Both the position numbers and the translations under genes were made by a program. A DNA stretch of 63,892 nucleotides, filler included, from Candidatus Woesearchaeota archaeon (GTDB lineage: Archaea > Nanobdellota > Nanobdellia > Woesearchaeales > CG1-02-33-12), in the NCBI GenBank assembly GCA_018399355.1. It is 5 parts of 5 records of this genome, joined end to end, with 100 filler letters (N's around TTAATTAATTAA, not from the genome) between each part and the next. Parts side by side here need not be neighbours in the genome. Positions count along the whole stretch, not along the records: positions 1 to 14,311 come from JAGYOA010000023.1; 4 more parts are not named here. One strand, given 5' to 3'. Shown one piece after another: positions 1 to 8,161 of the stretch. The stretch's first letter is position 1. Each line of letters starts with the position of its first letter. The notes under the pieces are model-generated. The model saw nothing but the letters and a program-made list of their open reading frames with translations. It ran no database searches and was not told the DNA's origin.

Positions 1-1022
1 TTTCTTTCATTAAGGTAATTTATCTTTTCATTTAATTGTGTTCTTATTTGAAAAATATTGTTGTATCTTTCCTGTTTTGTATTTATTTTTTCTTCAATTT
101 CTTTTTCGTTCTGTGTTATTTGTTCTATTTTTAAATTATTTATTTTTTCATTAAGTTCCTGTTTTTCTTTTTCAAGTTTTTTTATATCTTCATTATAGTT
201 TTGTATTAGATTAATTTTATCCCTTAACCTTGTTTCCTGCAATTCTATTTTGTTTTTTATCTCATTCAATTTTTTTGTGTCTTTTTCAATTTTTTCTAAT
301 GAGTCTTTTTTCTGTCTTAATTTTGATTTAATTTCATCAATTTTTGGCTTAATCTCATCTGCTTTTTTTGATATTTCTTTTATTTCCTGCTTTTTCTCTT
401 TGATATTTTTCTTTTTGTCGTCTAAATCAACAGTTATACCCTGGAGTTCCCTTGATTTTTCCCTTATTTCTCTAACCAAAACCTGTGAATTTTCTTTTAT
501 TCTTCTGTATTTATCTATCTGAAAAACCTTTCTTAATGTCTCAAGCCTTGTTTCCTTTTCCTCCATTAAGATCTGCTTCATCTCTTCCTGAGGAGTATAA
601 ACAGTATACCTGTAAATAAGAGATTTTGTTTTTGTGACAAGCTCTTTTGGATAGCCCAACAAGTCAAGAACTCTTGTTTTAAGTTCAACAGCAGTTGCTT
701 CCTGCTTTCTTCCGTTGATTATTATATAGCCTGAATCCTGCCTTATATCATCGCCTTGTTTTTTTAATGCCCTTTTTATTATAACCTCATTATCTTCTAT
801 TGAGAATTCAAGCTCTACGGCTCCCTTTTTCTTTCCGTTTCTTAATAAAGAACCCCCGGGCAAGGCTCTCATTATACCAAATAAAGCAAATTCTATTGCA
901 AAAAGAATAGTTGATTTTCCGCTTCCTATATCCCCGCTGAGCATAATAGAACCCATCGGAAACTCAACAACCTGTTTTGTATAGCTTCTTATATTCTCAA
1001 GCTTCACCCTTTTTATTATCAT
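1..1022 (-). CDS. rad50: Rad50/SMC-family DNA repair ATPase, N-terminal part (runs off the window edge)
   Basis: Not in the ORF track. Manual translation from ATG at 1022 gives MIIKRVKLENIRSYTKQVVEFPMGSIMLSGDIGSGKSTILFAIEFALFG (Walker A), then a Q-loop-like VYTPQEEMKQI and K/E-rich coiled coil. Confidence 0.88.
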   Translation of the reverse strand, partial: MIIKRVKLENIRSYTKQVVEFPMGSIMLSGDIGSGKSTILFAIEFALFGIMRALPGGSLLRNGKKKGAVELEFSIEDNEVIIKRALKKQGDDIRQDSGYIIINGRKQEATAVELKTRVLDLLGYPKELVTKTKSLIYRYTVYTPQEEMKQILMEEKETRLETLRKVFQIDKYRRIKENSQVLVREIREKSRELQGITVDLDDKKKNIKEKKQEIKEISKKADEIKPKIDEIKSKLRQKKDSLEKIEKDTKKLNEIKNKIELQETRLRDKINLIQNYNEDIKKLEKEKQELNEKINNLKIEQITQNEKEIEEKINTKQERYNNIFQIRTQLNEKINYLNER

Positions 1023-1139
1023 AAATAATTGGTATTCTTATAGCTTTTTATATTTAATTGAACTCAAGTCAATACTAAAAATAGAAAAGTATTTAAATAA
1101 GTTTTAACATTAATTACACAATAGTAACAAATAAATAAT

Positions 1140-1406
1140 ATGGAGATGAAAAATATGGATTCAAATAATAAAAAATTGAGTTTAGACAGTTTTTTTGAAG
1201 GCGAAGTAATAGATAAAAAAATAGGAAATAATTTTGTTCATATAAAGGTAGAGTCCGATGACAATTTTTTGCACCCCATAGATATTCAGACTAGAAATCC
1301 TATATATGTGAATAATACAATAAAACCAGGAACACATATCCTCTATTGTATTGAAGGAATATATGCTAAATCTGGAGAACAATATATAAAAGTATGTCCT
1401 GATTAA
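1140..1406 (+). CDS. Hypothetical protein (88 aa)
   Basis: Clean ORF divergent from rad50, with TATA-like TTTAAATA upstream. No family recognised. Confidence 0.55.
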   Translation: MEMKNMDSNNKKLSLDSFFEGEVIDKKIGNNFVHIKVESDDNFLHPIDIQTRNPIYVNNTIKPGTHILYCIEGIYAKSGEQYIKVCPD

Positions 1407-1452
1407 TTTTATTTAGGTTAAATTTAAAAACATTTTATTCTTTTTTATTTTT

Positions 1453-1854
1453 ATGAAGGGGGCATATTGTATTATTATTGAGGTTAAGAAGGATTCTATT
1501 ATTAAGATTGGGGCTTTAGGCAGGATAAAGTTCAGGAAGGGATTATATTGTTATGTCGGCTCGGCTTTAAACAGCATTGAAAAAAGGATTGAAAGGCATT
1601 TAAGCAAGAACAAAAAATTGCATTGGCACATTGATTATCTTTTAAAAAATAAAAACACCGAGATTAAAAAAGTTTTTTACAAAGAATCAAATAAGAGAGA
1701 GGAATGCAGAATAACAGGGTTAGTCTCAAAAAATTCAATAAGCGAAATAGAAAAATTTGGCTGCTCTGACTGCAAATGCAAAAGCCATCTTTTTGTTTTA
1801 AAGAACTATAGTTTTATAGATAAAAAGTTTAAAGAATTTACACTTCAACCTTGA
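1453..1854 (+). CDS. GIY-YIG (Uri superfamily, DUF123-type) endonuclease
   Basis: KGAYC...GLYCYVGSA...RIERH...HWHIDYLL...[12 protein letters not shown] pattern. Confidence 0.85.
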   Translation: MKGAYCIIIEVKKDSIIKIGALGRIKFRKGLYCYVGSALNSIEKRIERHLSKNKKLHWHIDYLLKNKNTEIKKVFYKESNKREECRITGLVSKNSISEIEKFGCSDCKCKSHLFVLKNYSFIDKKFKEFTLQP

Positions 1855-3019
1855 TACATCTTTCGTCAATTCTGAACAAAATAGAACCAATAACAATTAT
1901 CCCTCCCATAAAAATAAATGATAGTAGTAGATTACTATTTGCAATCTTTCCTATAACTAACCTCATAACTGCTAAATATAAACCGGAGATCATAGATATA
2001 ACTGATAATACAGTTGCTCTGTTGTGACTTAGTATATGTGTATTCTGATATTGTGAAAACAATGGATTCCTTAAAAGGCTAAAACCGCTAAGTAAAATAT
2101 ACCAGACAAAGGACATTAAAGGCCCTATAAAAAATGCCATTGCCAGATAAATCAATCCTGGCAGGATTGTTGCAATAAAGATTGTTTTTTTCATTCCAAG
2201 GATTTCTTCAATCTTATAGGCATACTTAACTAGAAATGCTCCAAGAATCATTCCTAATGCAATTGCAACTCCAAAAAACTCATTTGGAACATCTGCAACC
2301 AGAAAATAAGGCTGGAAAAGAAAAATTATGATGTGGGTGAAAGGTATTGTAAACATAAAAAGGTAAATTATTCTTCTGAGTGATTTATTTTTAAGTATGT
2401 GGGTTGTTGATTCCTTGAATAACACAATGGCATTATCTTTTTTTACTTCTTTTTGATGCTTCTTTTCTTTTATAAAAAATGAGATAAAAAATGCAATTAC
2501 TGCTCCAAATGTATAAAGCCACAACAAAAAAACAAAACTCTCTGGATTATGACTTCTTGCCATATAACCTCCGATTGTAACAGCAACCATTGTTCCAATT
2601 AACATATAAGAATTAATAGAGCCCCAAACTCTGCTCATTTGTTTTTCTATTCCCTTATCCTTTAATGAGTCATAAACCAATGCTTCTATTGAGCCAGAGC
2701 CAAAAGCAATTGCCATTCCAAAGATTATTTCTATCATTATGAACTCAATGTATGAAAATGCAAAAATAGTCCATATATTTCCAATTATATAAAATCCTAT
2801 TAGGATTAGAATGCAGAATTTCCTCCCAATCCTGTCTGCAATAATTCCTGTAGGAATCTCAAAAAACATAACACTTATTATCAGCACTGCCTCAAGAGAA
2901 ATTATCTGGAATGTGTTAAGACCCCTTGAAAAATAAAACAAGGTAATTATAGGCAAAAAGAAATATAATGATTTGAAAAAATAAATCAGTTTTAGCTTTG
3001 TTATATTATTAAATTCCAT
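1838..3019 (-). CDS. MFS transporter
   Basis: About 12 hydrophobic segments; MFS motif [28 protein letters not shown]. Confidence 0.88.
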   Translation of the reverse strand: MEFNNITKLKLIYFFKSLYFFLPIITLFYFSRGLNTFQIISLEAVLIISVMFFEIPTGIIADRIGRKFCILILIGFYIIGNIWTIFAFSYIEFIMIEIIFGMAIAFGSGSIEALVYDSLKDKGIEKQMSRVWGSINSYMLIGTMVAVTIGGYMARSHNPESFVFLLWLYTFGAVIAFFISFFIKEKKHQKEVKKDNAIVLFKESTTHILKNKSLRRIIYLFMFTIPFTHIIIFLFQPYFLVADVPNEFFGVAIALGMILGAFLVKYAYKIEEILGMKKTIFIATILPGLIYLAMAFFIGPLMSFVWYILLSGFSLLRNPLFSQYQNTHILSHNRATVLSVISMISGLYLAVMRLVIGKIANSNLLLSFIFMGGIIVIGSILFRIDERCIKVEV

Positions 3020-3031
3020 TTTTTAATGAAA

Positions 3032-3898
3032 TTACTGTATTTTTACAAGCGAAGCAGCTCCTAATATAGCTGAGCCCTTTAACTTTCTTTTAACGATTCT
3101 TGGTTTTTTGTTGACAAAGCTCCTTTGATTAACAGTTTGTATCATGCTTTTTGAAAAGAATTCCCATGAATTTGATATTCCTCCGCCAATAACTATTACA
3201 TCAGGATCAAACGCAGTTATTAAGTTGGTTATTGCAACACCAAGATAAAATCCTGTTTTGTCAAAAACCTTTATTGCTTCTTTATTTCCCTTTAATGCAA
3301 GTCTGTAAATATCCCTTGTGCTTTTAACATTAAGTTTTTTTGCAGTTCTCATTATTCCGTGCTTGCTTGCATACTGCTCAATACACCCAAAGTTGCCACA
3401 AATACATTTTATTCCATCATGCTTTATGCTCATGTGTCCAAGCTCTCCTGCATTAAAACGGCCGTGAAAAATCTTTTTATTAATCACAATCCCTCCACCT
3501 ACACCTGTGCCTAAGGTTAAGCCAATGACAATATCATTGTTTTTTCCAGAACCATACAATGCTTCTCCTAAAACAAAGCAGTTTGCATCATTATCCAAAA
3601 AAACAGGAACTTTGAATTTTTTTTCAAGAAATTTTTTGATGTTAAAATTTTTAATAGGAAGATTTGTAAGCTTAATAACCTCTCCTTTTTTATAGTCAAT
3701 AATCCCAGGAACACCTATGCCTATTCCCTTAATTGGTTTAACTTTAACTTTTTCTATTGCATTTATTATGCTTTTCAAGATATCCTTTTTTGTTGAAGAG
3801 TTTGTTTTAAATAAAACCCTTTTAACAATTTTTTTATCTTTTACAAGCCCTGCCTTTATATGAGTTCCTCCTAAATCAACACCAATAGTATATTGCAT
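3032..3898 (-). CDS. ROK family sugar kinase (glucokinase)
   Basis: GVDLGGT, NDAN, LGTGVGGG, GELGH and Zn motif CICGNFGCIE. Confidence 0.92.
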   Translation of the reverse strand: MQYTIGVDLGGTHIKAGLVKDKKIVKRVLFKTNSSTKKDILKSIINAIEKVKVKPIKGIGIGVPGIIDYKKGEVIKLTNLPIKNFNIKKFLEKKFKVPVFLDNDANCFVLGEALYGSGKNNDIVIGLTLGTGVGGGIVINKKIFHGRFNAGELGHMSIKHDGIKCICGNFGCIEQYASKHGIMRTAKKLNVKSTRDIYRLALKGNKEAIKVFDKTGFYLGVAITNLITAFDPDVIVIGGGISNSWEFFSKSMIQTVNQRSFVNKKPRIVKRKLKGSAILGAASLVKIQ

Positions 3899-4861
3899 TT
3901 AAAATCCCCTTTTAATTCTTTCAGCAAAACCCTCTGAAAGAGGGTCTCTCTCATACTTCAGCGCAAGAAAGTAAGAAGTAAGCTGCCCTAGATATATTGA
4001 TGAAAACAGCTTTGTAATAAAATACTCCCCTTTAATTACCATTTCTGTTACATTTATTCCAGTCTGCGTTATTTCGCGTTTTGCTTGATTCATTATGTTT
4101 TTTATTTTTGGATAGTCTGATTCATCCAATATCATAATAACATGATATCTTTCATTAATATTTTCATATCCTGCAATCTCATTGTAACTTGCCTCGTTGA
4201 AAACATTAAAAAATGCATGCATCTTTGTTGTTTTGTTTAAGTGATTTTTCCAGGCCATTGCAGCAGGAGACATTTTCTCTGAAGTATAAATTAAAGGCAC
4301 TTTTTCAAAAAGACTATCTGCAAGAGTTTTTGCTCTTTCCTCAAAACCTGTTTTTTCAATTGCATTTATGGTTTTTTTTATTTCCTCTAGGGGATTATTT
4401 ATAATACGTGAGTTATAAAGAACAGTCATCATGGGAAAAAGCATATATGGAAGAGCATTTCTTGTTTTTAATCCTTTAGGAACTATAATTTTTTGGGTCT
4501 TTGCAATTCCTGAAAGCTCTTCAAGTTTTCCTCCCGATGTTATCACTACTATGTTTAAATTTTTTCTTTGCGCTGTCCTGTATGCAGAGATAACCTCCTC
4601 TTGGTTTCCGGTGTAAGAAGCAATAAACACGAGAGTTTCTTTTTGAACATGATTAGGAATAAAATAATCTTTGTTTACCTCCACCTCAATTATATCTTTT
4701 AAATATTGTTTTAGAATCTCTCCTGCAACGGCATCGTCTCCAATAGCACAAACTATTATTTTTTTGACTTCATCTAAAACTTTTATATTCTTGGCAAAAT
4801 TCAAGGAATCATCAATCTGCTCTGGAAGGCTTTTTATAATATTCAACATGTTTTCTTTCAT
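3899..4861 (-). CDS. Bifunctional phosphoglucose/phosphomannose isomerase homologue (double SIS), active-site motifs degenerate
   Basis: Overall PGI/PMI layout (SYTGN, ITSGGKL, YFLAL..ERDP), but GMGGS is AIGDD, NENAK is NKTTK and ExxHN is EASYN. Confidence 0.75.
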   Translation of the reverse strand: MKENMLNIIKSLPEQIDDSLNFAKNIKVLDEVKKIIVCAIGDDAVAGEILKQYLKDIIEVEVNKDYFIPNHVQKETLVFIASYTGNQEEVISAYRTAQRKNLNIVVITSGGKLEELSGIAKTQKIIVPKGLKTRNALPYMLFPMMTVLYNSRIINNPLEEIKKTINAIEKTGFEERAKTLADSLFEKVPLIYTSEKMSPAAMAWKNHLNKTTKMHAFFNVFNEASYNEIAGYENINERYHVIMILDESDYPKIKNIMNQAKREITQTGINVTEMVIKGEYFITKLFSSIYLGQLTSYFLALKYERDPLSEGFAERIKRGF

Positions 4862-6036
4862 TTTTCACCACTAATATGGTTTCTTCTTATTTCAAGGCTT
4901 ATTTTTTTTGAATAATCAACCTCTGGCTGGTCAAAGGGATTTACATTATTTAAAATGCATAAATAAACAATTGCATAATGCCAGAAAGCAAGATATTCTC
5001 CTACAGTTTCTTCATTAACCTTGTTTAAATGTATAACTATATTGGGTATCTTGTTTCTTCTTGCATCCTTTAAAGTACCAATAAATTCAGCCTTAAGGGC
5101 ATCTGAATAAGTGTTTTTTCCAAGCTCTTTTAAAATACTATTTCCTAGTTTTATATTTTCTAATTTTTTTGGAACATTAATTTTTTCTTTATTTTTTTCA
5201 TTTTTATCTACAACAACAAAACATGCAACCATGTTTTTCTTTCCTCCGAAAAACCTTTGGTTAGTATGATGCTGCGACTCGGGGGCGAAGCACGCAAGCA
5301 ATGTCTGCCCTTTTTGTTTTTTTCCAACTGACTCATGAATAAGTTGTGTTATTATAATGTCTGAGCCCATCAGCCTTGAAGAGTATATTGGCATAAATAT
5401 TTCACTGTATCCCTTTCTGTCAAGCTTGTAAAGCATTGACGCGATTTTAATTGCATCATTTGGTTTTTTATTGGAATATTTTTGATAAGCTTTTTTTGCT
5501 CCTTGCCATAATTTTCTTATGTTTATTCCAGCGATTGCCGCAGGCAGCAATCCTGATGGCGTAAATCCTGAATACCTTCCTCCTATATTAGGATGCTCTA
5601 TAAAATCAAATTTATAAGCTTCCTGAATTTTCTTTAAAGCAGAGTTCTCTTTCTCTGTTATAATAATTATATTTTTATAATCAATAAAATAAAGCAGTGA
5701 TTCTATAACGCCGACAGTATTTCCTGATTTTGATATTGCTATTACAACAGTGTTATTTTTATTACATTTCTTTCTTATATCATAAAGAAAATCAGGCTCC
5801 ATTGTTTTAACAATAAAAACATTTTTTTCTGTTTTTAACGCACTAATATAATAATCAAAAGAGTTAACGCTTCCGCCGTTTCCTATAACAACTATGTTCT
5901 TGTTTTTTGAATACTTCTTTGCTATTTTTTCTATTTCTGCGATATTTGGAGAGTAGGATGCAAAGCAGGGAGTTTTCATATTTAACTTTGATTTTAAAAG
6001 CCCTGCTCCAGAAAATAAACCATCAACCTCTATCAT
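4858..6036 (-). CDS. pgi: Glucose-6-phosphate isomerase (PGI superfamily)
   Basis: IGNGGS, SKSGNT, IGGRYS, QLIHESVGK, SQHH, NPFDQPEVDYSK. Confidence 0.88.
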   Translation of the reverse strand: MIEVDGLFSGAGLLKSKLNMKTPCFASYSPNIAEIEKIAKKYSKNKNIVVIGNGGSVNSFDYYISALKTEKNVFIVKTMEPDFLYDIRKKCNKNNTVVIAISKSGNTVGVIESLLYFIDYKNIIIITEKENSALKKIQEAYKFDFIEHPNIGGRYSGFTPSGLLPAAIAGINIRKLWQGAKKAYQKYSNKKPNDAIKIASMLYKLDRKGYSEIFMPIYSSRLMGSDIIITQLIHESVGKKQKGQTLLACFAPESQHHTNQRFFGGKKNMVACFVVVDKNEKNKEKINVPKKLENIKLGNSILKELGKNTYSDALKAEFIGTLKDARRNKIPNIVIHLNKVNEETVGEYLAFWHYAIVYLCILNNVNPFDQPEVDYSKKISLEIRRNHISGEK

Positions 6037-6153
6037 AAAAACAACTTAATAAAAATGGTATTTAAATCTTGTGTTTATAGCTATTCTTGTACTGAAAAAT
6101 TTTTAAAGGGAAACTTTTTTAAACAAACTTGAATTTCTGCTTCTTATGGATGT

Positions 6154-6169
6154 GGGCAGTAGCTTGCCT
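6154..6169 (+). promoter_or_regulatory. GC-rich hairpin in the rpl15e 5' leader
   Basis: GGGCAG-TAGC-TTGCCT stem-loop in otherwise AT-rich DNA, between a TATA-like box (~6116-6123) and the GGAGG SD (6188-6192). Confidence 0.35.
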
Positions 6170-6197
6170 GAACTAAAACAAATTAATGGAGGCTAAA

Positions 6198-6773
6198 ATG
6201 AGTTTATATAAATATGTGAGAAATATCTGGAAGAGTCCGAAAAGAAACCTTAAGGAAATATGGTCAAAACGCCTTATTGAATGGAGAAAACAGCCTGTAA
6301 CAGTAAGGATTGAGAGGCCTACAAGGATTGATTCTGCGCGCTCTCTTGGCTATAAGGCAAAACAAGGCTATGTTATTGTAAGACAGAGGCTTATCAGGGG
6401 CGGAAGAAAAAGACCTGACATAAAAAAAGGAAGAAGGCCAAAACATAATACACAAAGGAAAATTCTTTCAAAAACCTATCAACAGATAGCAGAAGAAAGG
6501 GCAAATAAAAAATTCAAGAATTGCGAGGTTCTTAACTCTTATTATGTTGGAAAAGACGGAAAATTTGTCTGGTATGAGGTAATATTGGTGGATAGAGAGC
6601 ACCCTTCTGTAAAAGCTGATAAGAGAATAAGCTGGATAAATGAGAAAAAGCATACAGGCAGAACTTTCAGGGGATTGACATCGTCAGGAAAGATTTCAAG
6701 AGGTCTTAAAAACAAAGGAAAAGGCGCTGAAAAGACAAGAAGGGAGCCTTTCCCAAAGAAAAGAAAAGTTTAA
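6198..6773 (+). CDS. rpl15e: 50S ribosomal protein L15e
   Basis: [41 protein letters not shown]. Start placed at MSLYKY after the GGAGG SD. Confidence 0.97.
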   Translation: MSLYKYVRNIWKSPKRNLKEIWSKRLIEWRKQPVTVRIERPTRIDSARSLGYKAKQGYVIVRQRLIRGGRKRPDIKKGRRPKHNTQRKILSKTYQQIAEERANKKFKNCEVLNSYYVGKDGKFVWYEVILVDREHPSVKADKRISWINEKKHTGRTFRGLTSSGKISRGLKNKGKGAEKTRREPFPKKRKV

Positions 6774-6812
6774 TCCGAAAGATTTATAAGTTTTAATTTT
6801 TTATATATTAAG

Positions 6813-6971
6813 ATGCTTAAACTAAGATGCAAGGAGTGCAACTATCGTTTCACTTCAAAAAAGAGCGTGATGCCCAAAATATGCCCTTTTTGTGGTAAAG
6901 AAAACACATTGGAAAAAGTTAAACCAATGCAGCAGATAATTGATGAAGTAATTGATGATATGGAATCATGA
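6813..6971 (+). CDS. Zn-ribbon microprotein (52 aa)
   Basis: Manual translation MLKLRCKECNYRFTSKKSVMPKICPFCGKENTLEKVKPMQQIIDEVIDDMES: CxxC plus CPxCG. TTTATAAG box about 30 nt upstream. Confidence 0.75.
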   Translation: MLKLRCKECNYRFTSKKSVMPKICPFCGKENTLEKVKPMQQIIDEVIDDMES

Positions 6972-7427
6972 TTTATCCAGCAGTTTAATATGTTCTGGAC
7001 TTGTAAAAAAATTTTCTTTTTTTAAATCTTCAATAATAAAGATTTCTTGTTTATCTTCAATCTTTAATTCACTTAAACTTTCATGAAAGTTTTCAACATC
7101 TTTCATATCCCTAAAAACAGCTTCAACAAAAAAATCAAAAAAACCATTTATTCTTAAAACAGAGTTAATATTTTTGTTTTTTAATAAAAACTCTTTTAGG
7201 TTTTTTTTGTTTTTTGACTTAAGTAGAAAATTGATTTTCAATCCAAAGCCGATTTTACTGAATTCAAGCAAGGGAGAATATCTTGATATTGTGTTTTTTT
7301 CAAGCTTGTTTACCTTTTCAAAAACAGTTGAAATAGGGATCTCAGTTTCACGACTTATCACTGCAAGGCTTTTTCTAGAGTTTTCCCTTAAATGGGTTAA
7401 GATTAAAAGTTCTCTTTTTGTAAGCAT
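6966..7427 (-). CDS. Lrp/AsnC family transcriptional regulator
   Basis: LRENSRKSLAVISRETEIPISTV HTH, LEFSKIGF linker, C-terminal RAM domain. Confidence 0.9.
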   Translation of the reverse strand: MLTKRELLILTHLRENSRKSLAVISRETEIPISTVFEKVNKLEKNTISRYSPLLEFSKIGFGLKINFLLKSKNKKNLKEFLLKNKNINSVLRINGFFDFFVEAVFRDMKDVENFHESLSELKIEDKQEIFIIEDLKKENFFTSPEHIKLLDKS

Positions 7428-7490
7428 TGGCTCACCAAAACTTGATAATAAAACAAGGTTTATATGGGTTTGCTAAAAAAAATGACTGAA

Positions 7491-7509
7491 TTTTCGCTAA
7501 ATCCGAAAA
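7491..7509. promoter_or_regulatory. Palindromic putative operator upstream of the first Lrp gene
   Basis: TTTTCG-N7-CGAAAA perfect inverted repeat. Confidence 0.45.
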
Positions 7510-7513
7510 ATAT

Positions 7514-7978
7514 TCAGTTTATTATCTCAAGGACATTTGGATTGTCCATAAATGACTCTCTTTTTATGTCATCCACAATATAATGCACTTGCTTGTCAAC
7601 TATGCTGAACCTCTGCTCCAAGATTTCAATGAAATCTTCCATGTCTTTTATATGCTTAAAAATAACATCAACCATAAAGTCAAAGCCGTTGTTTACCTTA
7701 AACAAAGAATTTATGTTATGGTGTTTCATTAAATAATCTTTTAGCTCATCTCTTTTTTCCCTTTTAACCTTCAGCATAAGGTTTGCTCTTGTGTTAAAGC
7801 CAATCTTTGAAAAATCCAGAAGACTCGTATACTTTATTATCAAGTTATTTTCATTTGTTTTTATCTTGTCATATATTGTAGAAACAGGAATATGGGTCTT
7901 TTTGCTTAATCTTGTTAAGGTTTCCCTTGCATTCTGCCTTAGATAAGAAACAACTATCAAATCTTTTTTTTCAATCAT
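7514..7978 (-). CDS. Lrp/AsnC family transcriptional regulator
   Basis: LRQNARETLTRLSKKTHIPVSTIY HTH, LLDFSKIGF. Start set at MIEKK after an AGGAGG SD. Paralogous to the neighbouring Lrp. Confidence 0.9.
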   Translation of the reverse strand: MIEKKDLIVVSYLRQNARETLTRLSKKTHIPVSTIYDKIKTNENNLIIKYTSLLDFSKIGFNTRANLMLKVKREKRDELKDYLMKHHNINSLFKVNNGFDFMVDVIFKHIKDMEDFIEILEQRFSIVDKQVHYIVDDIKRESFMDNPNVLEIIN

Positions 7979-8012
7979 TTTTAACCTCCTGTTTTTGTTA
8001 TACATGAATATA

Positions 8013-8029
8013 TTCAGAGGTTTACTGAA
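8013..8029. promoter_or_regulatory. Palindromic putative operator TTCAG-N7-CTGAA
   Basis: TTCAGaggtttaCTGAA, directly downstream of the minus-strand TATA-like box of the Lrp gene. Confidence 0.5.
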
Positions 8030-8058
8030 ATATAAAGGTTTTTTACAAAGAAAATTTG

Positions 8059-8085
8059 AATGTTTCAGAAAAAACCTGAAACATT
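8059..8085. promoter_or_regulatory. Palindromic putative operator AATGTTTCAG-N7-CTGAAACATT
   Basis: Perfect 10-bp inverted repeat with 7-nt spacer in the divergent promoter region. Same core as 8013-8029; a further half-site CTGAAACA near 8117. Confidence 0.6.
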
Positions 8086-8161
8086 TAAAAATATTGCAAT
8101 TACAACAAATCTTTTCCTGAAACAGAAACTTTTATATATTTGTTAGTATTATAAAGTAGTT

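Noticed and set aside
250..522. Plus-strand 90-aa Phe/Ser-rich ORF
   Set aside because: Antisense shadow of the K/E-rich rad50 coiled coil.
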